A DNA stretch of 64,000 nucleotides from Octopus sinensis (GCF_006345805.1 NC_043009.1:20584001-20648000), one strand, 5' to 3'. Positions 28,380 through 40,735 are shown, numbered from the stretch's first letter. Numbers and translations: made by a program. The notes: a model not told the origin generated them from the sequence alone.

Positions 28380-29830
28380 TAAGACTTTGCTATACGGATT
28401 AAGATCCGCATTCCTTGGAAACAAAATCCATCGTAGCGCTCATCGTTCAAGAGTCAAAATCAAAATCAAAAATACAAAATATATACTCTATCCATATGGT
28501 ATATTTATATTCGACATTTTAAATTAGCCGCGTGCCTACATAAGTTCATTAGCTCGCTTCTTTGATTCAAAGAATTTTGTCTTTGAATAAGATGTACATT
28601 TTTTCTAATAGACAAAGCTGCACTTGAAATTATTTTTGTAAGCTCCATGCCTGTATGGTGGCCGCCCTGTCCAGAATGCTCCATGTCACGTTGAAAGGTG
28701 GGGCTTCCTTTTCTTTTAGTTCCCAGACATATTTTGCTAGGCTGGTTTTCTTCCTATTCTCTGGGTATTTAAATGAATTTTTATGAGAATAAAATCTTGT
28801 TTTAAATGAATTTTCTGAAGCCCCTGTGTATGTCTTGTATTCCGATGAGCCTTCCACTTGCACCTTGGCTCTATAAACTACTCCTTTCACCAGACATTTC
28901 CCTTCTAACGGACAGGAGCTTTCGTTTTGTCAATTACATTTCTTAATGGTCTCGGCACCATGTCTAATCTCAATTAGCTTCCTATTATGTTGCTAATGTA
29001 AGAGGCGAAATTTCTGCAACAAGAATAGCTAACCTTCAGGTTCTTCTGTTAAATATCCTATAGAATTTATGACCCTGCTTAAAATGCTTAGAAACTAATC
29101 TCAAAAATTCCTTACCTATATTAGTCTTTACGGCCAAATGAAAGCCGGGTTGAACCACAAAACTTTCCTGGTCCTTTCTTCGTGCAGCATTATTATCAGC
29201 ATTAAACTGGTTGAACTGGATCTTCTCAGAGATCCACTATTCTCTAATGCGCTATCGTAATAAGGTGCAGCATTATGGAATGCTGCCTCATCCGAAGAAA
29301 TTGAAGATATTCTTCTACTACATTGCTGACTAAGTTCCTAAGGATAACTGGTGGATGGTTCGAATCTTTGCTAATATACGATAGCTTTTCATTGGGCTTA
29401 CGGAAAGGTTTAAATCTATCCGATCCTACATTAAAATTTACGTCTAAAAAATCTACACTATTCAGGTTAGCATCTATCGTAACCCGTAAGCCCATCCTTT
29501 GAAAGAAAGCTATGAGGTCCTTCCTAAGTCTATCTGATTCATGGCTGTTTAGATTATGCGTGGCTATAAGGCCGTCATCCCTATATAAACCTGCATCTAT
29601 AAATGGGAATTCTATTTTTAGATTATGGAGAATAAAGGCTCCTATGAACATACATAACTCAGCCCCGTCGTATGCCCCCATCGGTACATCGAAAAGAGAA
29701 TCCTCAGTCTTCTTAATCCAGGTGGAATCCTCGAAAAAAAGAAGCGATTTCCTCGCATGCATAATAATATCAATTTCCGAGCTATCGATGTTGACATACT
29801 GCTTGGCGAAGTCCATGCCCTTAGGAGCAT
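28380..29830 (-). mobile_element. Penelope-like element (Naiad-like), RT plus GIY-YIG, 5'-truncated at (TA)n
   Basis: RT with [29 protein letters not shown] (ORF 29244-29999, real part from ~29815). Linker WFNP, IFNRR.LKVSYSC, CN*QNESSCPLEGKC. Endonuclease TYTGASENSFKTRFYSHKNSF (ORF 28630-28890). End C.LCLLEK..LNQRSEL..CRH. About 10 single-base frameshifts. Confidence 0.93.
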
Positions 29831-29898
29831 ATATATATATGTATGCACACGCATATATATTATATATATATATGCATATATATATATATATATATATA

Positions 29899-29982
<84 letters not shown>

Positions 29983-30073
29983 CATATATATATATACATA
30001 TATATATGTATACATATATATTATACATTATATATCTATATATATATACATATATATATACATATATATATAC

Positions 30074-30104
<31 letters not shown>

Positions 30105-30355
30105 GACATATATATATATACATATACATATATATAATATACATATATACATATATATATATATATACACATATATATATATATGTATATATATATGTAT
30201 ATATGTATATACATATATATATGTATACATACATGTATATATGTATATACATACATGTATATATGTATATACATACATATATATATGTATATACATACAT
30301 ACGTATATGTATATTTATATACATATATATATATATATATATATACATACATGTG

Positions 30356-30386
<31 letters not shown>

Positions 30387-30400
30387 ATATGTACATATAT
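29830..30400. repeat. (TA)n/(TACA)/(TG) compound microsatellite
   Basis: Direct reading. Confidence 0.95.
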
Positions 30401-30404
30401 ATAT

Positions 30405-30781
30405 TCTTTTACTTGTTTCAGTCATTTGTCTGTGGACATGCTGGAGCACTGCCTTTAGTCGAACAACTCAACCCCAGTACTTACTCTTTGTAAGCCTAGT
30501 ACTTATTCTATCATTTTCTTTTGCTGAACTACTAAGTTACGGGGACATAAACGCACAAGCATTTGTTGTCATGCGATGTTGGGGGGACAAACATACACAC
30601 TCACATACATACACACACAGACATACACACACACACACATATACGACTGGCTTCTTTCAGTTTCTGTCTACCAAATCCACACACAAGGCTTTGGTTGGCC
30701 CAAGGCTATAGTAGAGGATACTTGCCCAAAGTGCCGCACAGTGGGACTGAACCTGGAACTATGTCGTTGGTAAGCAAGCTA
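30405..30781 (-). mobile_element. tRNA-derived SINE (other copies at 52490-52740 + and 45680-45780 -)
   Basis: Minus-strand head agtagcttgcttaccaac..ggttcagtcccactg followed by ttgggcaagt.tc.tctactatagcc. Confidence 0.75.
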
Positions 30782-30830
30782 CTTGTGTGTTTGTGTGTGT
30801 GTGTGTCTATATATGTATATGTGTATCTGA

Positions 30831-31146
30831 GGGCGCGTGGCTTAGTGGTTAGGGCATTCGGCTCATGATCGTAAGGTTGTGAGTTCGATTCCCGGCGACG
30901 CGTTGTGTCCTTGAGCAAGACACTTTATTTCACATTGCTCCAGTCCACTCAGCTGGCAAAAATGAGTTGTACTTGTATTTCAAAGGGTCAGCCTTGTCAC
31001 TCTCTGTGTCACGCTGATTACCCCGAGAACTACGTTAAGGGTACACGTGTCTGTGGAATGCTCAGCCATTTGCACGTTAATTTCACGAGCAAGCTGTTCC
31101 GTTGATCGTATCAGCTGGGACCCTCATCGTCGTAACCGGCGGAGTC
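30831..31146 (+). mobile_element. tRNA-derived SINE (second copy at ~37870-38140, -)
   Basis: A box TGGCTTAGTGG, B box GAGTTCGATTCC, anticodon-like loop CTCATGA, then ttgtgtccttgagcaagacact. Confidence 0.85.
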
Positions 31147-31760
31147 TTTATATGTGTATCTATATATATGTAACCTTGTCCTTCCTCTTCAGCAAGGCAC
31201 CTGTATCTGTCTCACTATAACCTTTTCATCATCACCTCCTCCAATACCTCCTCCCCTCTTAAAAGTTTTTGCCTTGTAAATACTTGATGACCCTGTCAGT
31301 GCAGGTGCCACTTAAAAGCACCCAGCCCACACTGTAATGTGGTTATTGTTCAGAAGGGCATCGTGCTTTGAGAACTTTGCCAAAACTGACCTTGCATGTG
31401 CTTATGCCACATAAAAAGCACTAAGTCCACTCTGTTGAGTGGTTGGTGTTAGGAAGGGCATCCAGCTGTAAAGATCCTGCCAAAACAGTCACAGAAGTCT
31501 GATGCAGGCTTTGGCCTGGATTGCTCTTGTGGTACCATCCCACCCATGCTAGCATGGAACACAGACGTTAAATAATAATGATGATGATGATGATGTTTAT
31601 ATATATATATATATATGTGTGTGTGTAGATATATGTGTGTGTGTATGCATGTATGTGTATGCATGTGTGTATATGTGCGTGTGTGTGTGTGTTATATTTA
31701 TGTTATATATATATATCTATGTATATACATATTTATTATATGCATATGTATATTTTTATA

Positions 31761-31807
<47 letters not shown>

Positions 31808-32519
31808 TATTTGCAAATAAAACCTGTTCCTTTTTGAATAGTAGCTCATTTTTGATTTAACATTTCAACTACATCAACTAATCCTCAATTTTAAGCATAG
31901 AATGAAGTGGAATTACACTATTTTAGACTCCAGTCCTAACACCAACTTATACTGTCAATGGACAGGGGGGGGGGGGGTCATTTACTAGTCTATATATGTA
32001 TTCCTCTTAAGATAATTCTTATCCAAATTCTGTATCCACAAAACATGGAATGGATAACTGGACACTTTCGCTTGTGAACCTCTCCAAAATTGCATGGACC
32101 AATATGTTAACCTTATTATTATTATTATTATTATTATCATCGTCGTCGTCATCGTCGTCGTCGTCGTCGTCATCGTCGTCGTCGTCGTCATTATTATTAT
32201 GTTCAGCAGTTAGTCAGCATCATCATCATCATCATTGTTATTATTATGTTCAGCAGTTAGTCAGCATCATCAATATTATGTGTACAGAGCTGTACAGAGC
32301 TGGAACAAAGAGAGAGCATGTCATCGATGACATTGCAGTTTATAAATAACAAATAAAGAAGAGAAATACAACCAGTACATGTGTTTATTATTGACATAAT
32401 GACCCTGCCAACATACAACAAATTCAAGCGTTTGATTTGTATTCTCTCAGTTGTCTTCATTACTTATCCAATTAACTTAATCCTCTACATTTCTACATTT
32501 CTTAATCTTCTACATCTCT

Positions 32520-33300
32520 ATGTTTCTTAATCCTCTACATTCCTATACCATTATCCTTGTGCCAGTTGTTGGATAGCACCTTCTTGCACAACTGACATAT
32601 TTCAGCATCTCTGTAGCTATTCCTGAAAGATTTGTAGCCTTCCGTGTCTTACATATTTCAGTTTTCTCTTCTCTTGTACTTATCTGCTTGTACTAATCTC
32701 CACAGCTGGTTCCACTTGAGCTTAAATTTTCATCACTTTCTTCATACCTGTTATCCAATAAGTTCTCATGCAGACACTTCAGTGCTTCTTTCTTTTCACT
32801 GAAGGCAAATATGTCAATATCATTTAAAAGAAGCTTCTCCCAGCCATAAACTGGTCCATACAAACATTGTTCACTATTTCAAGATATTTCATATCCCTTA
32901 TCTCCACAGGCTGTATTATAAAACCTTCTGCATTATGCTCCTCCCGATCATTTTCCTCCCCACCAAAACTCCTGCTATTAACTTTTTTTAAAAACTTTTC
33001 CAACCCATTTTATTTGCTCCACCATAACTTTTGTGCCCTGCTGCTGTCTTCCTTCATTATGGTACTCAACAATGTCTTTGATTCCTGGTTGTTTTTATCC
33101 ATCATCTCCTCTTTACTTAAACAGACATCATCTAGTGTCAGAAAGGTAGCGACCTTTCCAGTTCTATCGTTCCTGCCTTGTATTTCAAATTTGACTCTTA
33201 AAATCTTCCTTTGTTCACTTGAAGACCCTAACTTCCAGGCTGGGAGCGGAGGAAAAGATCCATGAGCCAAAAGACACTTGTTCATTACAGACGTCCACAT
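32520..33300 (-). mobile_element. Degraded LINE fragment, probably RTE (pre-RT region)
   Basis: Minus frame KTRKATNLSGIATEMLK resembles the RTE K.GKA.G.SGI..EMLK motif. The frame stays largely open upstream with scattered stops. Confidence 0.55.
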
Positions 33301-33398
33301 TTATTTTAACTTTTGTATTCACTTAAATGGCAGGCTGGCTATTAGCTCCGTGATATTTACACTGAGGATGGTAAGATCATTTGGATTATGGAACTCCA

Positions 33399-33658
33399 CA
33401 ACTTTCTTCATGCAGTCTTAATTTCAGTGTGGAAGAAACTGTACTTATGTTTGCATGAAGATGCATGCTCAGCATTGTACAATAAAATTGTATCTTCCCA
33501 AACGCATGCTTATAAAGAGAGCAAGGTCATCAGGTTTACACCAAGGTCTCAACTCTTCATTTGCATTGATTTGCAAATGTACAATTCCATTGTATAATGC
33601 TAAGCATTTTAAGCATAATTTCTTCCACACTGGAATTAATACTGCATGAAGAAGGTTG
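33399..33658. mobile_element. MITE with ~48-bp TIRs
   Basis: caactttcttcatgcagtcttaatttcagtgtggaagaaa / tttcttccacactggaattaatactgcatgaagaaggttg; additional inner inverted match. Confidence 0.8.
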
Positions 33659-34039
33659 CAAAGCAGTTGTAATCCTAAGGATGTCAAATGGTTAATCATC
33701 ATCATCATCATCATCATCATCATATGTCCATTTTCCATGCTGGCATGGGTTGGACAGTTTGACAAGAGCTTCCCAGGCTCCATGTCTGTTTTGGCATGGT
33801 GTCTACAGTTGGATGCCCTTCCTCATGCCAACCACTGTACAGAGTATACTGGGTGTTTTTATGCAGTACCAGCATGGGTACATTTATGTGGCACCAGTAC
33901 AGGTTCTTAAATATATATCCACCTCTCATTTCTCTAGACATTTATGGCTGAATGTGTGTGTGTGTGTGTGTGTGTGTATGCTCCTATATACATAGATATT
34001 TAAGACAATCTAAATACTAAGCCTCTATAGGTCAACTCA

Positions 34040-35000
34040 AGTCATGTGGTGGTATTGGTCTGGAAGCAACACATTACTTTGTTCAAAGGCCCATGGGGAC
34101 ATAGGCAGGATGTAGGTGTCAGTGCGACGTCTGGAGTCTTCTGTGTGATTTTATTTAATGCCATCAATCCATGGCTTCACAGTGCAGAGCAGGTTTATTG
34201 TCATGGGTTTGTGGAGAACAAACACCTTAGTAGCAACAGCCTTTCTGTAGGAATAACCAGATAGGGAGGTGCTGGATTAAAAGTTGGTGATGCTACGTTG
34301 GATTATTAGCATGGATGGGGTTGTAGTCTATATGCATGGCAGGGGTTAAGTTCTGTGCTCTTAACTTTGGAGCAGACAGGTTCACAGTGGTAGATCTGGG
34401 TTTTCAGCTACCAATGGCTTGAAGTTCATTAGCAAGGCATACTTCTTGTAGCAACAATAAGAGAGTTCATTCTGCCTGTTGATGGATACTGTAGATTTGT
34501 AGAGTATGTGTAGTTTCTTGTGGAAGCATAGTTGGCAATTGTGGTTCCAGGTTGTGGGGGGGGGTACTATCAATGAGACTCCATTCAATGTAGCAGAAGT
34601 CATTCTGATGCTCACTAAATCTACAGGTAGACTGAGACAAGAAGTTAGCGTTTTCCCTATCTCAGCACCTAATGGAGTGTATATGCTGTGTATAGCTTCC
34701 CTTGAAGTCATTGGCTATCATATCTGTGTAGTGTTTGTAATACCATCAGATTGTGTGAGGATGGCTCTATAGACCACAGTCCTTTAGAAGCAGGATTCCC
34801 CTAGTTGGCAGTTGATAAGATTTTGGCATTTACAGATTGAGTTATGTGTTGGAAGCTGTGCAGGTGTGTGTTTGCATCTGTTGTAGCATGCAATGTTAGA
34901 ATTGATGTTATCAAAGCAGGAGTAACTGACCTTGATGTTGTAGGGCGTGGAAAAAGTATCAGTTCTTGGGAAATGTTTCTTCATTAACATCAGGAAGCTA
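34040..35000 (-). mobile_element. Older Penelope-like (Naiad-like) element 3' part
   Basis: KKHFP...IKVSYSC, CKCQNLINCQLGESC, VVYRA, CQLCFHKKLHIL..INRQNEL. Confidence 0.85.
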
Positions 35001-35136
35001 CAAGGTATGTTAATGAAATTTCAAGGTTAAATGGAGAATTGAACCAGATGAGTGACACACATGTCCACTCATATGTGTGTGTGTGTGTATACATATATAA
35101 ATACACATCTATCTATCTATATATATGTATATATAT

Positions 35137-35170
<34 letters not shown>

Positions 35171-36083
35171 GTTGTGAGAGTAAAATTAGCCTGGGCAAAG
35201 TTCATAGGGCTCCTACCTCTGCTCGTAACAAAGGGCCTCTTCCTCAGAGCAAAAGGCAGAATGTTTGATACCTGTGTGCGAACAGCTATGCTACACAGCA
35301 GTGAAACATAAGCTGTGACTGCCATGGACATGTGTAGGCTTAGAAGAAATGAAGCCAGTATGCTTCGCTGGATATGTCAGTGTGCATGCTCAGCAGAGTG
35401 TAAGCTTCTTGAGAAAAAAGCTGGGCATAAGAGACATCAGATGTGGTGTGCAAGAGAGACAACTGCACTGGTATAGTCATGAGATGCGTATGGATGAGGA
35501 CAGCTGTGTAAAGAAGTGCCAGTCTCTAACTGTTGAGTGAACCTGTGGTAGAAGTATGCCCAGGAGGACATATGATGAGGTGGTGAAGCATGATCTTAAA
35601 ACTTTGGGCCTCACAGAGACAATGACTAGTGAGCGAGGTCTTTGGCATTATGCTGTGCTTGAGAAGCCCCATCAAGCCAAGTGAAATCTTAGTCATGGCT
35701 GATGCTGGTGTCACATAACTAGCACATAAAAAAACACCTTTTGAGTCGAGGCAAAGTGGCATGTGAAAAGCTTTCTAGTGTTGGACCTCACAGAGGCAAT
35801 GACCAAGACCTTTGGCATTATGTCGTGCTTGAGAAAAGACCCATCAAACCAAACAAAATTGCAGTCATGGCAGATACTGGTGTCACACAAATGGCACCTG
35901 TGCTGGTGGCACATAAAAGCACCCATTACACTCTCAGAGTGGTTGGCGTTTGGAAGGGCATTCAGCTATAGAAACCATGCCAGATCAGACTGGTGTCTGG
36001 TGCAGCCTTCCAGCTTGTCAGCTCTGGACAAACTATCCAACCCATGTCAGCATGGACAACAGACGTTAAATGATGATGATGAT
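35171..36083 (+). mobile_element. RTE LINE 3' end, degraded
   Basis: RVKLAWAKFIGLLPLL..KGRMFDTCVRTAMLHSSET; tail ends in (GAT)n. Confidence 0.88.
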
Positions 36084-36099
36084 ATATATATATATATAT

Positions 36100-37530
36100 A
36101 TGAAAGCTAGAGTTAATTTTGGTGGTAGGCTCTCTAAATCTTTTGCTGTGGTAAATGGAATAAAGCATGGAGACCTTGATGCACCCACCCTCTTTGCAAT
36201 ATACTTTGCTGTTGTGTTGTCACATGCTTTTCAAAACTCTGAGGTGGGTATTTACATAAAATATCAAACAACAGAGAATGTTTTTAATCTGACCAGACTG
36301 AAATTCCAAATAAAGGTTTTTACTTCACTCATTAGGGAACTTTTGTATGCTGACGATTGCGATCTTATCAGTCATTCTGAAACAGATCTGCATTTGACTC
36401 AGCTTGTGATGATTTTGGCTTGACCAACAACTTGAAAAAAACAGTTGTAATGTGCATGTGGTGCACAGTTGTAACCTGCATGTGGTGCTGTTTGCAACCC
36501 CACTAAAACTTTTGTTAAGGGTAAGTTACTTGAGGTTGTCGATTCTTTCATCTATATTGGAAAGTCTGTTCAAAATTATGGAAATCTGGATACAGAAATA
36601 CATCTGCAAATTCAAAGGACAGCACAAGGATTTGATGTTTTGGAGTCACGTGTTTGGCGCCAATGATATATAAGTAACAATACAAAATTGGCTTTTTATA
36701 AATCATTTGTCTTAACATCCCTGTTGTATTCTTCTGGAACATGGACATGTTATGAAAGACATTTCAAATTGTTAGAACAATTCCACCAAAAATGCCTTCC
36801 TTGCATTTTAAACACTAAATGGAGTTCTTTTACTCCAAAGACAGATGTCCTTGCATCTGCGGGCATCACCTCAATTAAAGCTATAATTTTGAGAAACCAA
36901 ATGAAATGGTATGGCCATATTGTTTGAATGGCAAACTATGGTGAGCTTACAGAGGGGAAACGCTATTGGCGTAAACCTAAAAAAAAAGGTTTAAGGAAGG
37001 CATAAGGACTACTATGAAGTCACTTGAAATCCAGAGGACATAGAAACCCTTGCTTTGGATCGAGCTGGATGGTGAACAAAAGTGTGGAGTGGAGTGAAAG
37101 CATTTGACGAGGCCAGGATAGTGCAAGACTCAAGAGAGATTTAAGGAAGAATGGTTATGATTGAGAAGATGAAACACAATGTCCTTTTTGTGTGCACAAT
37201 TTGTGACAGACCATGCCTTTCTTTTGCTGGGCTCAATCTCATTTGCAAACCCATGGAAATCGAACCTCCACCAACTATTCTGCCTATATGTCTGTGCACA
37301 CCTTTCAATGCAATGTATGCCAGAATGTCTGCAAATCTAATGGAGGCCTCAGAAGACATTTTAAGATCCAAAAAAAAAAAACAGAACTTATCTGCAGCTC
37401 TTGGTGGTCCAAATCAGATATGCAATCTATGTGGGTGTCTTTTCAAAACATTGTCTGGTTTAAAACACCACATCAGATGCCATGATGGTTCTAAGGTGTA
37501 GGTACAAGATGTGGTCAAACTCTGATTAAG
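36100..37530 (+). mobile_element. RTE-clade LINE fragment (RT to C-terminus) with three C2H2-like fingers
   Basis: NGIKHG..APTLFAIYF, RELLYADDCDL, LLYSSGTWTCY, MKWYGHIV. Fingers start at 37193, 37309 and 37421. Confidence 0.9.
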
Positions 37531-38297
37531 GAGTAGACAACAACCACCATATATATGCGTGTGTGTGTGTATCGTTTTAATGTATGCTTTTCCATGCTTG
37601 CATGGGTTGGATGGATGCTCTTCTAGTCACCAACCCTCACCAGTTTCTAAGTCAGGTCATATTCTCCTCTTGACCAGACATGTTTTCACAGAATATTGGA
37701 AAAGAAAGACAGAGCTTGCATTGTGGTGACACTTGTTTGCAACTATCACGTAATATCAAGACTTTGAAACAGTAGCACATGCACACACACACACATAGAG
37801 AGAGAAAAAGAGAGAGAGAGGGGAATGGGGGAATGTTGACCTATGATTGCTTCTCTTTTGTTATCTCATCTTTGAGAAATGTGTATAAAAGATAAAGCAC
37901 TTTCTGGATTCATATAAACTCCTGGGACCAGTTTCCCAGTTTCCATAGCATATATATTCCCCACTTGAATGAGGCATTGGTCCACCGCAGGTTTCCTCAT
38001 TTTCCCCAGCTGAGTGGACTGGAGCAATGTGAAATGAAGTGTTTTGCTCAAGAACACAAAGTATCGCCCTGTCCAGGAATCGAAGCCACAATCTCATGAT
38101 CATGAGTCCAATACCCTGACCACTAAACAGCATGCGTCCATTATAGCTGTGTATGTGTGTGTGTGTGTGTGAGGTAAATAACGCAGTACTCTCTGTTCTT
38201 ACACCACCTCCACATTAAGTTGGAGATCAAGATTGACTTTTGATGTTTATACAGTTTCTGTTACTACTACTAATTATTATTATTATTATTATTATTA

Positions 38298-38665
38298 AAA
38301 GGCAGCAAACTGGCAGAATCATTCACACACCAGGCAAAATGCTTAGCTGTATTTTGTCTGCTTCTACATTCTGAGTTCAAATTCTGTGGAGGTCAACTTT
38401 GCCTTTCATCCTTTCGGGGTCGATAAATTAAGTACCAGTTGAGTACTGGGGTCAATGTGATTGACTGTTCCCCTCCCCACAAAATCCAGGCCTTGTGACT
38501 ATATTAGAAAAAATTATTATTATTAAAAGGCAGCGAGCTGGCAGAATCTTTAGCAGGCCAGGTAAGATGTTTAGCAGCATTTCGTTTGTCTTTACATTCT
38601 GAGTTCAAATTCCACCAAGGTCAACTTGCCTTTCATCCCTTTAGGGTCAATCAAATGAGTACCAT
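38298..38665 (+). mobile_element. Two tandem tRNA-derived SINE copies
   Basis: aaggcagc.a.ctggcagaatc heads at ~38298 and ~38527; core ttgcctttcatcc..ggggtc.at.aa.t.agtacc. Confidence 0.85.
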
Positions 38666-38699
38666 TTGTTATGCCTAGTGTGCCATATATTTGGTTTTG

Positions 38700-39870
38700 T
38701 ATTTAGTGTTGTACTAGTGAATGTCTAAAAAAAAAAACATACGAAAATTATGTTTGTTTTAAAACTTGAGATTACATAGAAAGTATTTTGCGTAGGATAT
38801 GAGCAGTTCCCATGAGCACTATCTTTTGAATTTCTGCCATTTTTGGGTTTCCTGGTATCTGAGTTAGGTAGCAATCAGCCCCTTTTGCTATCATTCCCAG
38901 GGCACCTATGACAACAGGTATTGTTTTAGTCTTCAGGTTCCACATTTTGCTGATTTCTATTTCAAGATCTTTATATTTGCTCAGTTTTTGGTAGGTTTTG
39001 ACAGATACGTTTATATCGATTGGGACAGTCATATCAATGAGGAGGCATGTTCTTTGTCTGAATTCTTTCAATATGATGTCTGGCCTATTTGCATCTATCT
39101 TTCTGTCAGTTTGAATGGTGAAGTTCCAGAGGAGTGAGATGTGGTCATTTTCAAGCACTGGAGGTGGTTTGTGTTCCCACCAGTTTTTTTCATGGGGCAA
39201 ATCCAGGTTTTTGCAAATTACCCAGTGAATATATTGTGCAGCTCTATCATGCCTGTTGAGATACTCTGTAGGCGCTAGAAGACTGCACTTGGAGACAACA
39301 TGATCAATGGTTTCATTTTGTTGTTGACATACACGACATGTTGAGCTACTGCCATTCTTTAATATGTTGGTCTGGTAGTTCCTTGTTGGTAGGCATTGAT
39401 CTTGAGCTGCTATGATAAACCCTTCTGTTTCAGATTTTAAGCCAGAGGCCATTACCCATTGATGGGTCAGGGCTTTGTCAACATCTGCATTATTCACTCT
39501 CTTTGGGTATTTGCCATAGAGAGGTTTTTCTTGCCATTTATCATTCAGAATATCTAAGGCAGCAGTTTTAGCACGGGTTTTCATGCGCTTAGCTTTTTCT
39601 GTGCTTTTTTCTTGTATGTCTAATTCCGAAATTTGTTGTATTCGGAATTCACTTAGATAGTCCTTTGCCTGTTTTGTTACTGAGTATGATGCTTTCTTGT
39701 TTCATGTTTTGAGACAAGTTTTAACATTCAGTCCTCAGAGTTTTTCAGGTAGGTGTCTAGGCCAATTGTAGCAATCTTCATTGTTATTGCTAGTTGTAAA
39801 AGTCCACGGCCTCCCTCTTTTCTTGGCAGATAAAGTTGTTCTGTATCTGCTTTAGGGTGGTGCATTCTAT
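38700..39870 (-). mobile_element. R4/Dong-type LINE 3' portion with an intact 270-aa C-terminal ORF (38772-39584)
   Basis: ETEGFIIAAQDQ, CCHC knuckle CRVCQQQNETIDHVVSKC, endonuclease RPDII..IDMTVP..KLSKYKDL. Confidence 0.93.
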
Positions 39871-40241
39871 GCATTGTCAACAGTTTTCGTATTTTTCTGT
39901 CAAGATTACATATTTCAGCAATTATTATTATCTCTTATTCCCTTTGTCAGTTATAGAAATCTACAATATAGGATTTCTTCAATTACAATTTACTTAGCAT
40001 TTTTAAGAGTAGAATGCATCGGGTTTTGCCAGGTCCACTTTTTAAAATTTAAACTCCAATTAAGCAAAATTTACAGAAAACTCACATTCTGGTGTGTATG
40101 TCAAATGCTTTTCTTAATGTGGTTTACACCACACGCACACGCACACACACAGTGTGCAACGAATAAAATGAAAGTAATTCACCTTTTGTAGTGAGTGACT
40201 CTTTCAGTCTGCCACTTCCTCTTTACACACATAGACACGCA

Positions 40242-40699
40242 AATATATAAATAAAATTGTAAGCTAACGTGCGTGTGTGTGAGTGTGTGTGTGCGTGAGG
40301 GTGCGTGTGTGTGTGTGCGTGCGTGTGCGTGAGTGTGTGACAGGAAAGTTTTTTAGGACGAATATAAGACCTATATCGGCGATGTTTCGCTTGTCGTAGC
40401 ACAGGTTTCCGTCGATTTCCGTAAAAAACTTTTATTTTTTTACATAAGTAATGAGAGCGAAAGAGACTAAGAGAAAGCGATTGTATGACGAGGGAAGTTC
40501 TTTTGAAGTTACCGTGCATGGGACGCATTGATGTACATGTGTGTGTGTGTGTTTGATGGAGTGTGGGAGACAGACAGTATGTTGTGTAAGTGAAGTGCTT
40601 CTGTTAGTGTGTGTGAAGAGACAGAGAGAGTAATGTGTGAAAGAGAGAGATAACTGAAATTTTTTACTCGGTTTATGTGTATATGTATGTATGCATGTA

Positions 40700-40735
<36 letters not shown>

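Noticed and set aside
28375-28500. Canonical SECIS for the TGA-containing PLE
   Set aside because: ATGA is present, but helix II pairs poorly and there is no apical AA; not supportable from this truncated copy.
30831-30900. Possible tRNA-Met gene (also tRNA-like 7483-7555)
   Set aside because: Acceptor stem is not closed and it runs into a SINE body; these are tRNA-derived heads, not tRNA genes.
33010-33300. 96-aa ORF as a novel host gene
   Set aside because: Continues through stops into an RTE-like KA..SGI..EMLK motif, so more likely decayed LINE.
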